Positions 25,591 to 37,070 of a DNA stretch of 64,000 bases are shown here, piece by piece. Every line of letters begins with the position of its first letter. The first letter of the stretch is position 1. Source of the stretch: Enoplolaimus lenunculus (Eukaryota). The stretch spans positions 124,001 through 188,000 of the forward strand of contig JASANG010002509.1 in NCBI GenBank assembly GCA_030248215.1, written 5' to 3'. Position numbers and translations under genes: made by a program. Below the pieces are notes generated by a model. It saw only the letters and a program-made list of their open reading frames with translations. It had not been told where the DNA came from and searched no databases.

Positions 25591-25922
25591 GGCCAATGTA
25601 AAGGACAGGAGTGGAAAAGTATTCCTAATCCGCAGCCTAAGCGTAAGCCTAAGCCTAAGCCTAAGTCAAGCAATAAAAATAGTCTAAAGCTTTAAGAAAA
25701 ATGTTTCAAAGCAACAAATAAACTGTTCAGTTACCCAAATCCTAGATAGCAATACCGACCCATGTAAACATCAGTGGTGGAACGTTTTTCTGTTCGACTG
25801 CAATAAAGTAAACTTTAGCTTTAAACTAATTTCTTTGCTTAGGCTTAGGTATAAACTCATCTTTACGCTTAGGTCTAGGAATACGATTATGCTACTGCTA
25901 CGGCCCTGTCCTATACATGGCC
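25591..25922. mobile_element. Two adjacent or partial GGCC-TIR MITEs in opposite orientation
   Basis: GGCCAATGTAAAGG start with CCTAAG units, then GACCCATGTAAACATCAG...CTATACATGGCC. Confidence 0.65.
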
Positions 25923-26047
25923 TCAATTAATAATCTGCGCATTAATAGCAATCATCGCTTTTATTTTGGGTTAAATTATATATAGCTCCTGTTGTTAACA
26001 CTAAAACCATGCAGCGGTTTCGGAAAACATAAAATTGCACAAGCATA

Positions 26048-26633
26048 GGCCAATTTAAAGAACAGGGGCGGAACTGCATTATAAGCATAATTCCGAAGCC
26101 TAAGCGTAAGCCTAAGCCTAAGCCTAAGCGTAAGAATCAGCATATTCCTATGCCTAAGCCTAAGCCTGGGTCATCTACGTTATAATGCGCGCGCTATAGT
26201 AAAATTTGTCCAACCACCCGGTAGAAATCTGTGTACAAATCGAAGCTGCAACTAGCGTATAGGTACAATATTATGCGGTACGTAGACACTATTAAGTGTC
26301 CTGACACTGTCCGAAGGGAGTCGGGATGAAAGGTAAAAAATTAAGCAAAATAAATAGTGTTGTTGTTATGTATGTTTGCGATGCTATATGAACACAGTGC
26401 AATATGTCTTTACGTCCTCGTTAGGGACTACCGGACTTTATAGTGGTCTCATAATACAGTGTGTTAAAATGACGTCGTGCCTTTACTCAGACCCAGACAT
26501 TTTTTGCAGTAGCGCGTGCAGTATAACGTGGATGTTCCATAAGCCTAAGCCAAGCAAAAAAATTGTCTAGAACCTAAACTACTCTTTTCTAGTTCCGCAG
26601 AAAAATGTTCCGCCCCTGATCTTTACATGTGTC
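26048..26633 (+). mobile_element. GGCC-TIR MITE, subfamily A, interrupted by a nested MITE
   Basis: Left TIR at 26048, right TIR at 26633; the telomeric tract is split by an insertion. Confidence 0.8.
26168..26538. mobile_element. Nested GG-ended MITE with ~43-bp TIRs
   Basis: GGGTCATCTACGTTATAATGCGCGCGCTA ... TAGCGCGTGCAGTATAACGTGGATGTTCC; TSD CTAAGCCT/ATAAGCCT. Confidence 0.8.
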
Positions 26634-27062
26634 CAAGGTTAGTAGGCGTTGTTGGTTTAAATATAATTTCATTAACAAAAAAATTTATTTACAATTAATT
26701 GTTAAAGTGCTGTAGTCAACTTAAATATGAGAGGGTTAGGTAATAAGAGTTTGACGATGCTATTTTAATCCCGTATCAATAGAAATCTCTTTCTCTAATT
26801 AGACTCTGGAAATGAAGCGAAGCCAAAATTAACAAATAGTCTATAAACGTCAATTACCCTAAATAGTTTGTGGAAGTGCTTCTCGCATCTTAATTATATT
26901 CAGTAAATACAGAATTTGATTTTTTTACTCAAAGTATATAATTTAGTCTTTATCCATAGGAGTCGATGCATACTCAAATCTTAAAATTGTATTACTTAAG
27001 CAATGAAATTAAACCATAGTCAAACAGACGAAAAATCTTGAAAATTCTGTTAAAAAATTATT

Positions 27063-27123
27063 GCTTAGGCTTTGGCTTAAGCTTAGGCTTAGGCTTAGGC
27101 TTAGGCTTAGGCGTAGGCTTAGA
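27063..27123 (+). repeat. Short interstitial (TTAGGC)n array
   Basis: About 10 hexamers with a few variants; no flanking TIR seen. Confidence 0.85.
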
Positions 27124-27227
27124 CAGTAGTGAATTCTGTTCACTTAGCGTTTAACCATAACTACTGATAAAGCTATACTTATTATTAATAGTCTACAACA
27201 AATTTTGGCACTCGTAAATTCAACACA

Positions 27228-28505
27228 ATGCTTATCAGAGTGCTCGCGTTCAAATACGATTTCATTAGCGATGATCCTGAAAGTTGTTTCGGTCGAAACG
27301 ATTGCGCTGGTTCTATGTATCAAATCGACTTGATCAAATGTTTGTTCGAGTTTGTCAAACTTGACTACATTTTCGTACCTGTTCAGCCACACAACACCAG
27401 CAATATTACATCACCAACGTTTGACGTACTGGCTTCGCTTGAATCAGGCTTAGGCGACCTGCTTATGCCGTACGCCGGTCCTGAACCAATGATGCTGTCC
27501 ACCAGTACGTTTATGCCTCGGTTTGATCAACCGTCACCTGGTTTTTTATTCAACAAAAACGATGTCACAAGCGTTACAGTTCTTCAATGGTTGTCCATAT
27601 TTGACTCAGCGACATGGTTTTGTATCTGGTTCTTTGACTGTTGGCTTCGATTGATAAGTACCGCGAGCGGCTACTTCAATCGCAAGCCGCCGGTCGGCAA
27701 CTTACGGCGGTTGTTTTTGATCATTTTAGCCGAAAAGTTCGCCCAACTTACACTGACCGGTGCGTTCAATGGATTACTATTAAAGCATCAAATGATACGA
27801 TTTCACGCACCGTTTGATAACCTCATCCATGCTGCTTATGCAATAATTCAACGCAAATACACGATTGCCATTCTGAAAGAACCAACGCTGTTTATGGATT
27901 TAGTTTCGCGAGCGGAGACCGACGAGTACCGTTTGGTTCAACAAGCGTTCAATGCTCACCCGCCGCTCGAGTTCGATACTCAATTTGAGCAACACTTGTT
28001 TGTAGCTAAACATCGGAGCGTATTTATTTATCATACCGCAGCAAGCAGCATCGATGCAGCAATTATAAACAAGCTTCGATCGTCACCGTTTGTATTTGTT
28101 CCTAACCGAGCGAACGCAATTAGTGCTCAAATATTTCCACGTACAGGTTTAATCCGTAAAACACTGGGTTATAATATTAAAAATCGGTTGATATACGGGT
28201 TGCTTTACTTACAAGAAACCGGCATCGAAACTCGGTTGTACAAAGCCGACTCGTATGACGTTGAGACGTTAGACAGCATTAAACGCACTGAAACGATCTT
28301 TGTTAAAATTGGCTGGACTCAAATTGCGCTCGTTTGGCAGTTTTACTGGTCCGGAATTATCATTGCTTCAGCAGTGAATTTTTGTGAATTTGGAAGCCGT
28401 TATTATTTGAAGACAAACTCGTATTCGTTTACTCGCAGTCGGCAAGAACAACGCCATGATTTACAATTGGTCAGTGTAAAATCGCTTGTTGTTGATATTA
28501 ATTAA
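27228..28505 (+). CDS. Intronless divergent ionotropic glutamate receptor / IR-like protein (paralog B)
   Basis: 425-aa ORF sharing blocks with paralog A: QLTLxGAF, LLKHQ, PFDNLxHAA, EPTLFxxLVxRAETxEY, IFPRTGLIRK, IYGLLYLQExGxET. Confidence 0.85.
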   Translation: MLIRVLAFKYDFISDDPESCFGRNDCAGSMYQIDLIKCLFEFVKLDYIFVPVQPHNTSNITSPTFDVLASLESGLGDLLMPYAGPEPMMLSTSTFMPRFDQPSPGFLFNKNDVTSVTVLQWLSIFDSATWFCIWFFDCWLRLISTASGYFNRKPPVGNLRRLFLIILAEKFAQLTLTGAFNGLLLKHQMIRFHAPFDNLIHAAYAIIQRKYTIAILKEPTLFMDLVSRAETDEYRLVQQAFNAHPPLEFDTQFEQHLFVAKHRSVFIYHTAASSIDAAIINKLRSSPFVFVPNRANAISAQIFPRTGLIRKTLGYNIKNRLIYGLLYLQETGIETRLYKADSYDVETLDSIKRTETIFVKIGWTQIALVWQFYWSGIIIASAVNFCEFGSRYYLKTNSYSFTRSRQEQRHDLQLVSVKSLVVDIN

Positions 28506-28508
28506 ATT

Positions 28509-28696
28509 GGCCAATGCTACTTTTAGGGGCGTAACAGTAGGTTCAGCGTATTCCTAAGTGTAAGCCTAAGCGTTGCACAAATGTGTTTCTAAGCCTAAGC
28601 CTAAGCCTAAGCACAAAAATGTAATCTAGAATGTAAACCTACTCTTTTATAGTCCTACCAGAAACCTGGACGCCCCTTAAAGTTACAACATGGGCC
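28509..28696 (+). mobile_element. GGCC-TIR telomere-repeat MITE, subfamily C
   Basis: TIRs; TSD ATTAAATT/AATTAATT overlapping the stop codon of IR paralog B. Confidence 0.8.
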
Positions 28697-28745
28697 AATT
28701 AATTTATCAGTTTATCTTATAATTTATGACGTTTCGCGAAACTTA

Positions 28746-29393
28746 TGCGGGGTACACGTTATAACCGGAGCAGTTTGGGATACGTTTTGTCGCTGTTAGA
28801 CTATAGGGTAATATTTTGTCTGCTTGTGGACTCCGTATCGTATTCAAAAATCCGTATTTGTCTGCTATTATCATGTATAAGTTACGTTTTGTTCTTCAAT
28901 ATCATGCGATATTCGAGGTATTGTCCGTGAATATCATATATGTTTTGAAATGTCTGCATGCTTGAGGTAACATACAATAAATGTCCCGTGAATAGGTATT
29001 GTATGATACTAGAATCGGACATTTGAATTTTTAATTATGAAACACCGATTCTAAACGATTTTGTGTCGGAAAAGATTTGCAGGCGTGTATTTGGTATTTA
29101 AAGCACATCGGTTTCTCTGCTGCCCGACTTGCCATTCATTTATCAGCATCCAATGATTACACTGTCCCAGTGAATATCATATCATATGATATTAGCATAA
29201 ATGTCTCACAGTATCAAACGACGTACCGACCCTTGTACACATTGATCACTTAAGGGCGGTGGTTTAAGCTAATGTAATATGACATTCGAGTTTTGTCTGT
29301 TAACCCGATGTAAAAGCCCGAATTTTAACGTTGACATCGAATTAACATGGGACAAACCGTGACGCCTGTTCCGGTTATAACAAGAATCCCGCA
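28746..29393. mobile_element. ~650-bp PIF/Harbinger-like element (TGCGGGGTWCACGTTATAAC TIR)
   Basis: TIRs, TTA/TTA flanks, ATATCATATGAT internal motifs; second copy at 47486. Confidence 0.75.
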
Positions 29394-29993
29394 TTATGAT
29401 ACACCGCCTGGGTTTCCAAAACCCTATTTAAGTACGACTTAATACTTTTAAGACGTGTTAAGTAATTACTTAATCATTTTGCCGTTTTAAGAGCGTACTT
29501 AAATTAAGTAAATACTTAATTCGCTGACTAAATTTGATAAATTACAAATTTACCATTCAGGCATATATACTAACCTTAGTCAAATTGAAACTGTAGACTA
29601 TTGATCCGTCCTCAATATAAAGCAAAACTATTACTTTCTTGTTAGACATTTGGCGTTTATTTGCTTTTGCTCGAAAATTTTGCTCGCAAATTTAACTATT
29701 TACATATTAAATCGGCGCCTTTTAATTAATTACTTAAAGTATAACTTAAAGTTAATACTTAAGTAAGATTTCAGAAACCCCGCCATTGAATTATATTCAT
29801 ATTTTGTTCATTTTGAATTTTGACAATTTGAAGAATGCTCAGTAAACAGCCTTTATGGTCACTTTCAAATTTCTCAACTTAAATTTGGAAGAATTTACCA
29901 AAACGTACCGTTTGTAGCTCGCTTCAATATGCATTTTGAATTTTGTTATTGTAACAAAATCGCTTAAAAATTTCTTTAATCTATAAAGAATTC

Positions 29994-30171
29994 GGCCCAT
30001 GTATGGAACATGGCCGGAGCAGTAGTACCTATAAGCATATTCCTAAGTCTAAGCCTAAGCCTAAGCCTAAGGCTAATAAGCATAAGCCTAAGCAAAAAAA
30101 TTAGTCTAAAGCTGAAACTGACTATTACAGCCCCGCCGGAAAACGATCCGGCCCTGTTCTTTACTTGGGCC
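29994..30171 (+). mobile_element. GGCC-TIR telomere-repeat MITE, subfamily B
   Basis: TIRs, perfect TSD AAGAATTC. Confidence 0.9.
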
Positions 30172-30940
30172 AAGAATTCGATGCCAACTTAACCAGATTG
30201 ATGCTCAGTATAAGCCAAAAACAAATCCGATGGACGGCCAATATTATATATTCCAGCTAATTTCTAGCTTTGTTGTATGCTAATTATTTTGAAACCTGTA
30301 TGCGTACTGTGGATTTTAATACGGCTAAAAAACCGAGACACCATATGGGTTATGGTTGGAAGCACGGGTTCATGCAGGTCGGTGTAACGGGGCCTTGCTG
30401 CGGTTTCTGGAGGGGCCCCAGAGCTTTTTATATAGGTAGTTATAGCGTAGAAATATGGAATAATATCACACTACCGTCTCTATTATACGTTTTGCTCAAA
30501 AGTTCCACATCCGTATCCCTGTTCAAATTTCTGACGGTTCCTATGACTGGTAGATAGCTGTATGTATAGAATGCGGTGTTCGTTTTCTTAGCGTTGCTTG
30601 GTTCTGGTTGGCTCAGATTAGGACGTCATAGCTTAATCCTGTTGCAGTATGTGAACTACGCTTTTGTGGCAGTTGTGAGCTATTCGTAGCCCAATGTCAC
30701 GCTCCGAAAGGTCAGTGTTTCGGTCTACGACGGCCATGCGATTTATTGCGTTATGGAAACTTTAACCTTTGGTCACATGGATATATAAATATATATTGTT
30801 GTAGCAGCGTTTGTATTTAAATATGGCAGAGTTTCTATTCCACCGATCTACTTTACTTGCTAGTTATTATACATCGGTTGTTCAGCATTTTTTACAATTG
30901 CAGTACCGAAAACGAAATATCGCCAAAATGTATTGCATAA

Positions 30941-31241
30941 ATCCCTATTCACACGTGCAATTTTTTTGCAGCAATAAGTTGCACGTGCAACTTGAACGCG
31001 CAAGTGTGGTCACAAAGCAGTTTTGAAGTTGTTGCAGCGGCAAATTATTAACTGGAATTTATGCTATTTTATTTAATTCGCACCTGTAAACGCAGTAGCA
31101 AGCGACTTGAATTTTTTTGCACCTGCTGTTTATGATTGGTCAATTGGAATGTTCCTTTAAAAAGACTTGCAGCTGCGCGTATTTCGTGCAAGTTTCAGCT
31201 GCGAGTTCTCGCTGCACAAACTTGTACGTGTGAATGGGGCT
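30941..31241. mobile_element. PIF/Harbinger-like MITE (AGCCCTATTCACACGTGCAAG TIR)
   Basis: TIRs with TAA/TAA flanks. Confidence 0.75.
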
Positions 31242-31418
31242 TAAAAATGGTAATGTAAATGGATAGCTAGCTAGAAGTTAATGCAGTTTAGTGAACGTAT
31301 TGAAATGCTTTCAAATTAGCGTTACCGACTTTTCTGTTTGAAAACGGCTTGAAGTATCTAAAAAGATTGCAGAGGCGTTGTACCCTCCCTCCATGCCCCC
31401 TAATTAGGGGCCTTAGGC

Positions 31419-31786
31419 CAGTGGCGGATCCATGGGGAGGGCCACCCCGGCCGTGGCCCCCCAACAGCAACTCGGCAAAAATTATATAGAGTGTCAATTG
31501 CTGTTTTACGAAATAAATTGAAATCCATAACCGCTAATGCTAAAACATTTTCCGACAATAGCAGGCAGTTCCAACTCATTCAAAAAAGAAACGGATATTG
31601 CTGAACCTGACTGGATTTTGCTTTTTCAAAACTGAATTGGCTTCCGAATCCGAGCGTTTAAATAATTGAATGAACGTAAGGAAGTCAATTTTATGGCAAT
31701 AGTTCGTGGTTTGTGTGTCGGTCAAATATAAGTTTATTACCTGTGAAATTTTGGCCCCCCATTTTGAGATCCTGGATCCGCCACTG
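31419..31786. mobile_element. hAT non-autonomous element (CAGTGGCGGATCC TIR)
   Basis: Perfect TIR CAGTGGCGGATCCA and perfect TSD CCTTAGGC. Confidence 0.88.
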
Positions 31787-32080
31787 CCTTAGGCTTTTGT
31801 GGGACCTCATGATATGAGATCAATTTGAGCTAATTTAGAGTAACATTTTTACCATAAGGCGCCTCGTTTGATGAGTGTGCGGGATGTTCTGGGTACCCCA
31901 ATCGTGGCCGCACGGCCTAGTGTGCAGTGATATTGTTTCAAGAACTACGCTAATTTTTGTAGTTAATACACTGAAATGATTGATTACTGTCTATACTGTT
32001 CTAGCAAGTCGATTAGGATTTACTGAATTGTTGTGTTTTTGCCAGCTTTTCCTGCTCAGTTGCACTTTTTTAGATGCATT

Positions 32081-32276
32081 GGCCAATGTAAACAACAGGG
32101 GCGGAACAGTATTACAATCATATTTCTAAACCTAAACCTAAGCGTAAAAATGAGCATATTCCTAAACCAAAGTCTAAGCCTAAGCCAAAGCCAAGCAAAA
32201 AAATTAGTCTAAAGCTTAAGCATACTCTTTTCTAGTTCCACAAATAAACGTTCAACCCCTGATCTTTACATGGGTT
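32081..32276 (+). mobile_element. GGCC-TIR telomere-repeat MITE, subfamily A
   Basis: TIRs, perfect TSD GATGCATT. Confidence 0.9.
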
Positions 32277-32595
32277 GATGCATTGAACCGTTGTTACTAA
32301 TTAGTAATGTTTTAAGCAATTTCAAATACCCCCCCCGTGCGTGAATTAAATTAATAAATGCCATTTGGTTTTCAAATATTGCTACAATTCTATTTGCATA
32401 ATCCAACGGTTTTGAAATGATACGCAAAATGATTGTAAATGAAAACACAATTGAAAACAAAGATTTCTGGCGAAACGTCTCAATTTCAAAAAAGTCGTAA
32501 TTTTATTTTCATTTCGTTTCAACTTTTAAAATAACAAAAATTATAATTTCAGTTTCTATTTGATGTTTTGGTCACGAGAGAGTTTTTGAAATTAC

Positions 32596-34600
32596 GGCCC
32601 ATGTAAAGATCAACGGCGGAGAATTTTTTTGTGAGACTAGAATAGAGTAAGGTTAAGCTGTAGACTGGTTTTCTGCTTGGCTTAGGCTTAGGCTTGCTTA
32701 GGCTTAGGCTTAGGTTTAGGCTTAGGCTTAGGCTTAGGCTTAGGCAGGCTTAGGCTTAGGAATATGCTCATTCTTACGCTTAGGTTAAGGTTTAGGCTTA
32801 GGCTTAGGCTTAGGAATATGCTCATTCTTACGCTTAGGTTTAGGCTTAGGCTTAGGCTTAGGAATATGCTCATTCTTACGCTTAGGTTCAAGTGTAGGCT
32901 TAGGCTTAGGAATATGCTCATTCTTACGCTTAGGTTTAGGTTTAGGCCTAGGCTTAGGCTTAGGCTTAGGAATATGCTCATTCTTACGCTTAGATTTAGG
33001 TTTAGGCTTAGGCTTAGGAATATGCTCATTCTTACGCTTAGGTTTAAGTGTAGGCTTAGGCTTAGGAATATGCTCATTCTTACGCTTAGGTTTAGGTTTA
33101 GGCCTAGGCTTAGGCTTAGGAATATGCTCATTCTTACGCTTAGGTTTAAGTGTAGGCTTAGGCTTAGGAATATGCTCATTCTTACGCTTAGGTTTAGGTC
33201 TAGGCTTAGGCTTAGGAATATGCTCATTCTTACGCTTAGGTTTAAGTGTAGGCTTAGGCTTAGGAATATGCTCATTCTTACGCTTAGGTTTAAGTGTAGG
33301 CTTAGGCTTAGGAATATGCTCATTCTTACGCTTAGGTTTAGGTTTAGGCCTAGGCTTAGGCTTAGGAATATGCTCATTCTTACGCTTAGGTTTAAGTGTA
33401 GGCTTAGGCTTAGGAATATGCTCATTCTTACGCTTAGGTTTAGGTTTAGGCTAGGTTTAGGCTTAGGCTTAGGAATATGCTCATTCGTACGCTTAGATTT
33501 AGGTTTAGGCTTAGGCTTCGGCTTAGGAATATGCTCATTCTTACGCTTAGGTTTAAGTGTAGGCTTAGGCTTAGGAATATGCTCATTCTTACGATTAGGT
33601 TTAGGTTTAGGCCTAGGCTTAGGCTTAGGAATATGCTCATTCTTACGCTTAGGTTTAAGTGTAGGCTTAGGCTTAGGAATATGCTCATTCTTACGCTTAG
33701 GTTTAGGTTTAGGCCTAGGCTTAGGCTTAGGAATATGCTCATTCTTACGCTTAGGTTTAAGTGTAGGCTTAGGCTTAGGAATATGCTCATTCTTACGCTT
33801 AGGTTTAAGTGTAGGCTTAGGCTTAGGAATATGCTCATTCTTACGCTTAGGTTTAGGTTTAGGCTAGGTTTAGGCTTAGGCTTAGGAATATGCTCATTCT
33901 TACGCTTAGATTTAGGTTTAGGCTTAGGCTTCGGCTTAGGAATATGCTCATTCTTTCGCTTAGGTTTAAGTGTAGGCTTAGGCTTAGGAATATGCTCATT
34001 CTTACGCTTAGGTTTAGGTTTAGGCCTAGGCTTAGGCTTAGGAATATGCTCATTCTTACGCTTAGGTTTAAGTGTAGGCTTAGGCTTAGGAATATGCTCA
34101 TTCTTACGCTTAGGTTTAGGTTTAGGCTAGGTTTAGGCTTAGGCTTAGGAATATGCTCATTCTTACGCTTAGATTTAGGTTTAGGCTTAGGCTTCGGCTT
34201 AGGAATATGCTCATTCTTTCGCTTAGGTTTAAGTGTAGGCTTAGGCTTAGGAATATGCTCATTCTTACGCTTAGGTTTAGGTTTAGGCTAGGCTTAGGCT
34301 TAGGCTTAGGAATATGCTCATTCTTACGCTTAGAGTTAGGTTTAGGCTTAGGCTTAGGCTTAGGAATATGCTCATTCTTACGCTTAGGTTTAAGTTTAGG
34401 CTTAGGTTTAGGCTTAGGAAAATGCTCATTCTTACGCTTAGGTTTAGGTTTAGGCTTAGGCTTCGGAATATGCTCATTCTTACGCTTAGGTTTAGGCTTA
34501 GGCTTCGGAATATGCTCATTCTTACGCTTAGGTTTAGGTTTAGGCTTAGGCTTAAGAATACGCTTATAATACTGGTCCGCCCTTGTTCATTACATTGCTC
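32596..34600 (-). mobile_element. GGCC-TIR MITE, subfamily A, with ~1.9-kb internal telomere-like satellite
   Basis: Both TIRs present, TSD GAAATTAC/GAAATTCC, 35 units of GGAATATGCTCATTCTTACGC+(TTAGGY)n. Confidence 0.92.
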
Positions 34601-34890
34601 GAAATTCCCATTTAGAGGTAATTTTTCAAGCTCACCGAAATCCTTACGTTTGGCAAACCTTAAGTAAACTTTGATGCTTATTTATTATTTCATACCACAA
34701 TCCTGAGTTCAAAGCAAGATAGCTTCTTGAGTGTTTATTTATCTTTAATGATTTTGTTTCTTCATAGCCTTTGAAGATATTCTTTTAAGATTAAAATGTT
34801 TTCGAATTTTTATTAAAATCCTTAATATTTCATTATAATCCGGTACACGTTGATATAGCCTTGAGCTGTATTGGCAAGATTTTAGTGATA

Positions 34891-35175
34891 CTGTAGTGAC
34901 CTGAATAAGATTAGGGTAATGGTGTCGCCATTTTGAACACCAATCAATAGGAGTCCGTATCCGAGTCTGTAAGCGGATAGAGTCTGCAAACCCTAGTTAG
35001 AGTCAAAAAATGTCAATTATACCTAATTGCAGCGCATAAATGCCTCCAGAACAAATAAAGTTGAGTTCGAAACTTTAACGCTTACTTAAGTTTTGAAAGT
35101 ACATTCGTATGTATAACGTTGCATTATCGCACTAGTTTTTGGTACAAAACAAATATACGTTTAATTCAACGGATT
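34891..35175. mobile_element. TA-flanked MITE, truncated
   Basis: One TIR and partial body. Confidence 0.7.
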
Positions 35176-35976
35176 ACACTGCCGGCTTTTAGTGTCGAAT
35201 CGAGACTTTTCTGATGGCAAAGATCACGCGATATTTAATTTTAAAAAAATGGTGAGCCAAACAAACTAAAAATAAAACATAATTTTGGTGCTAAATATTA
35301 GCACAAAATAACGTTTTGATCCGTATTGACAAAACGCGTTGGTAGTCGGTTCGCTTTGAGATTAGCCAGTCGAAATTTGAAAGAAGCTAAACCACGCATG
35401 AATACATTTCGTAGTTAATAATTTGAACACCGTAGTAATTATCAGAAAATCTCAACAAAAATGCATATACGAACCATGTATACGAAATACAAAATGAAAA
35501 AAAACCCAAAAACGTCAACCAAAACCAAATTCCGCCAGTGAAACGAGCATTTGTCCTTCAAAACAACCAGATCCCGTTTAATCCTCTTGACCTAAACCCA
35601 CAAACAATAGTTCTTTGACACGGACGGTGTGTAATTTTAAATGGTAAACCGTTTAGACTGGTGTGTTGTTTCGAATACTCGTACCCAACTCGTTCAGGGT
35701 TGTGAAAACACTCGGGTTTTGGTACCAACATTTCACAGTTTTGAAGTACTTACGGTGGTTTTAGTACTTACCTACACGATGTGTGGACATTTCAGATTAG
35801 CATAGCGGGGTGTCGTTGCTTTATTAAGGGTGTCGGTCGCTTTCGGAGCAGTTGCCTTAGTTTGCCAGAGTAATAAATCGGTTTTATCGACTGGAATTTT
35901 TACCTGCAGATAATGGTTTAGCCATGTTCAAAACTTGTTTTAACCGGGGTTGCGTTTAACCATGGGTGTCTGCCGG

Positions 35977-36120
35977 CTGCATGTAAAGAACAGGGGCGGA
36001 ACAGTAATAAGCATATTCCTAAGCCTATGCCTAAGCCAAGCAAAACGTTAGTCTAAAGCTTAAGCTTACTTTATTACAATTTCACAGGTAAACGTTCCGC
36101 CCCTGATCTTTACATGAACC
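35977..36120 (+). mobile_element. GGCC-TIR MITE, subfamily A (short)
   Basis: CATGTAAAGAACAGGGGCGGAAC ... GTTCCGCCCTGATCTTTACATG. Confidence 0.75.
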
Positions 36121-36832
36121 AAAACATAGAATGGTTGAGTTAAAATGAACTCAGTTTAAGTTAATTTAACACTGAAATGTTGCGTTGAAAAAGATCGAAC
36201 TCAATCTGAATTGAAGCAACTCAACATTTTGAGCTAAAGATGCAACTCAGATACACATTTCACGCATCAAGTTAGATTGAACTCAAATGTGACATCTAAA
36301 CGAATGTTAACTCAATGATGTTATTTTTTTTGCTGGCGACCTGGCATTTATTTGCAAATGATTTATCAAATACAAACAATAATTAACGTAATAACAGTTA
36401 AGAATAGTTGAAATCGACAACACAATGCCAATATAACAAAATTTCATAATCAATTTCCAAAAATTACCATTAACTAATGCCAAAATTGTTTATAAGCACT
36501 GCTATTTTTGCAAAATAAACGGAAAAACGTAAACTCAAAATCTCTGAGTTAAGTCGACCAAATTTGCAGCGCAATTGTTCGTAATCAATCAATAGTTAGT
36601 AGCTATGTCATTTAACAAACAAACAAACAAACAAAGAACAAACAAAAAAAACAAAGAAACAAAAAAAACAAACAAAACTGTTCAAAAGTAGTCTACTCAA
36701 ATGAATAGATCGCTTTCAATTGAAAGTTTTATTTCCTATGTACCTGTAAACGCCCAAATGTAGCATGAACAATAATTCACCTATATATTGTGGGTTTTAA
36801 ACAGTCAGACAGCACAAAGCACCGTTTATATC

Positions 36833-36992
36833 CAGGTCCGTAGCCAGCTCACTTTGCTAAGGGGAAGGCTAAAAAAATTTTCAAGAGGGGCATATGGGAA
36901 TTTTCGGTGACTTTACAAGCAAGGTTGAAAGATTTTTAGGGAGACCAAAACTTTTTCATGGAAGACTGTAGCCCCCCGTGGCTACGGGACTG
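36833..36992 (+). mobile_element. hAT-like MITE (CAGGCCCGTAGCCAG family)
   Basis: TSD TTTATATC/TTTACATC. Confidence 0.8.
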
Positions 36993-37070
36993 TTTACATC
37001 TTTCAGCGGTGTCATTTTGCGATTAATGCTCAAAGCCCCCGAAACGTTGAGTTTATTTTAGGCCATTGTT

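Noticed and set aside
15306..27228. Large palindromic duplication relating the two receptor genes
   Set aside because: Intervening repeats are not mirror-symmetric and the proteins are too diverged for flanks to persist
32688..34667. Long ORFs on both strands (RLRLRN, LSLSL, LGLGL)
   Set aside because: Translations of hexamer-phased TTAGGC satellite inside a MITE
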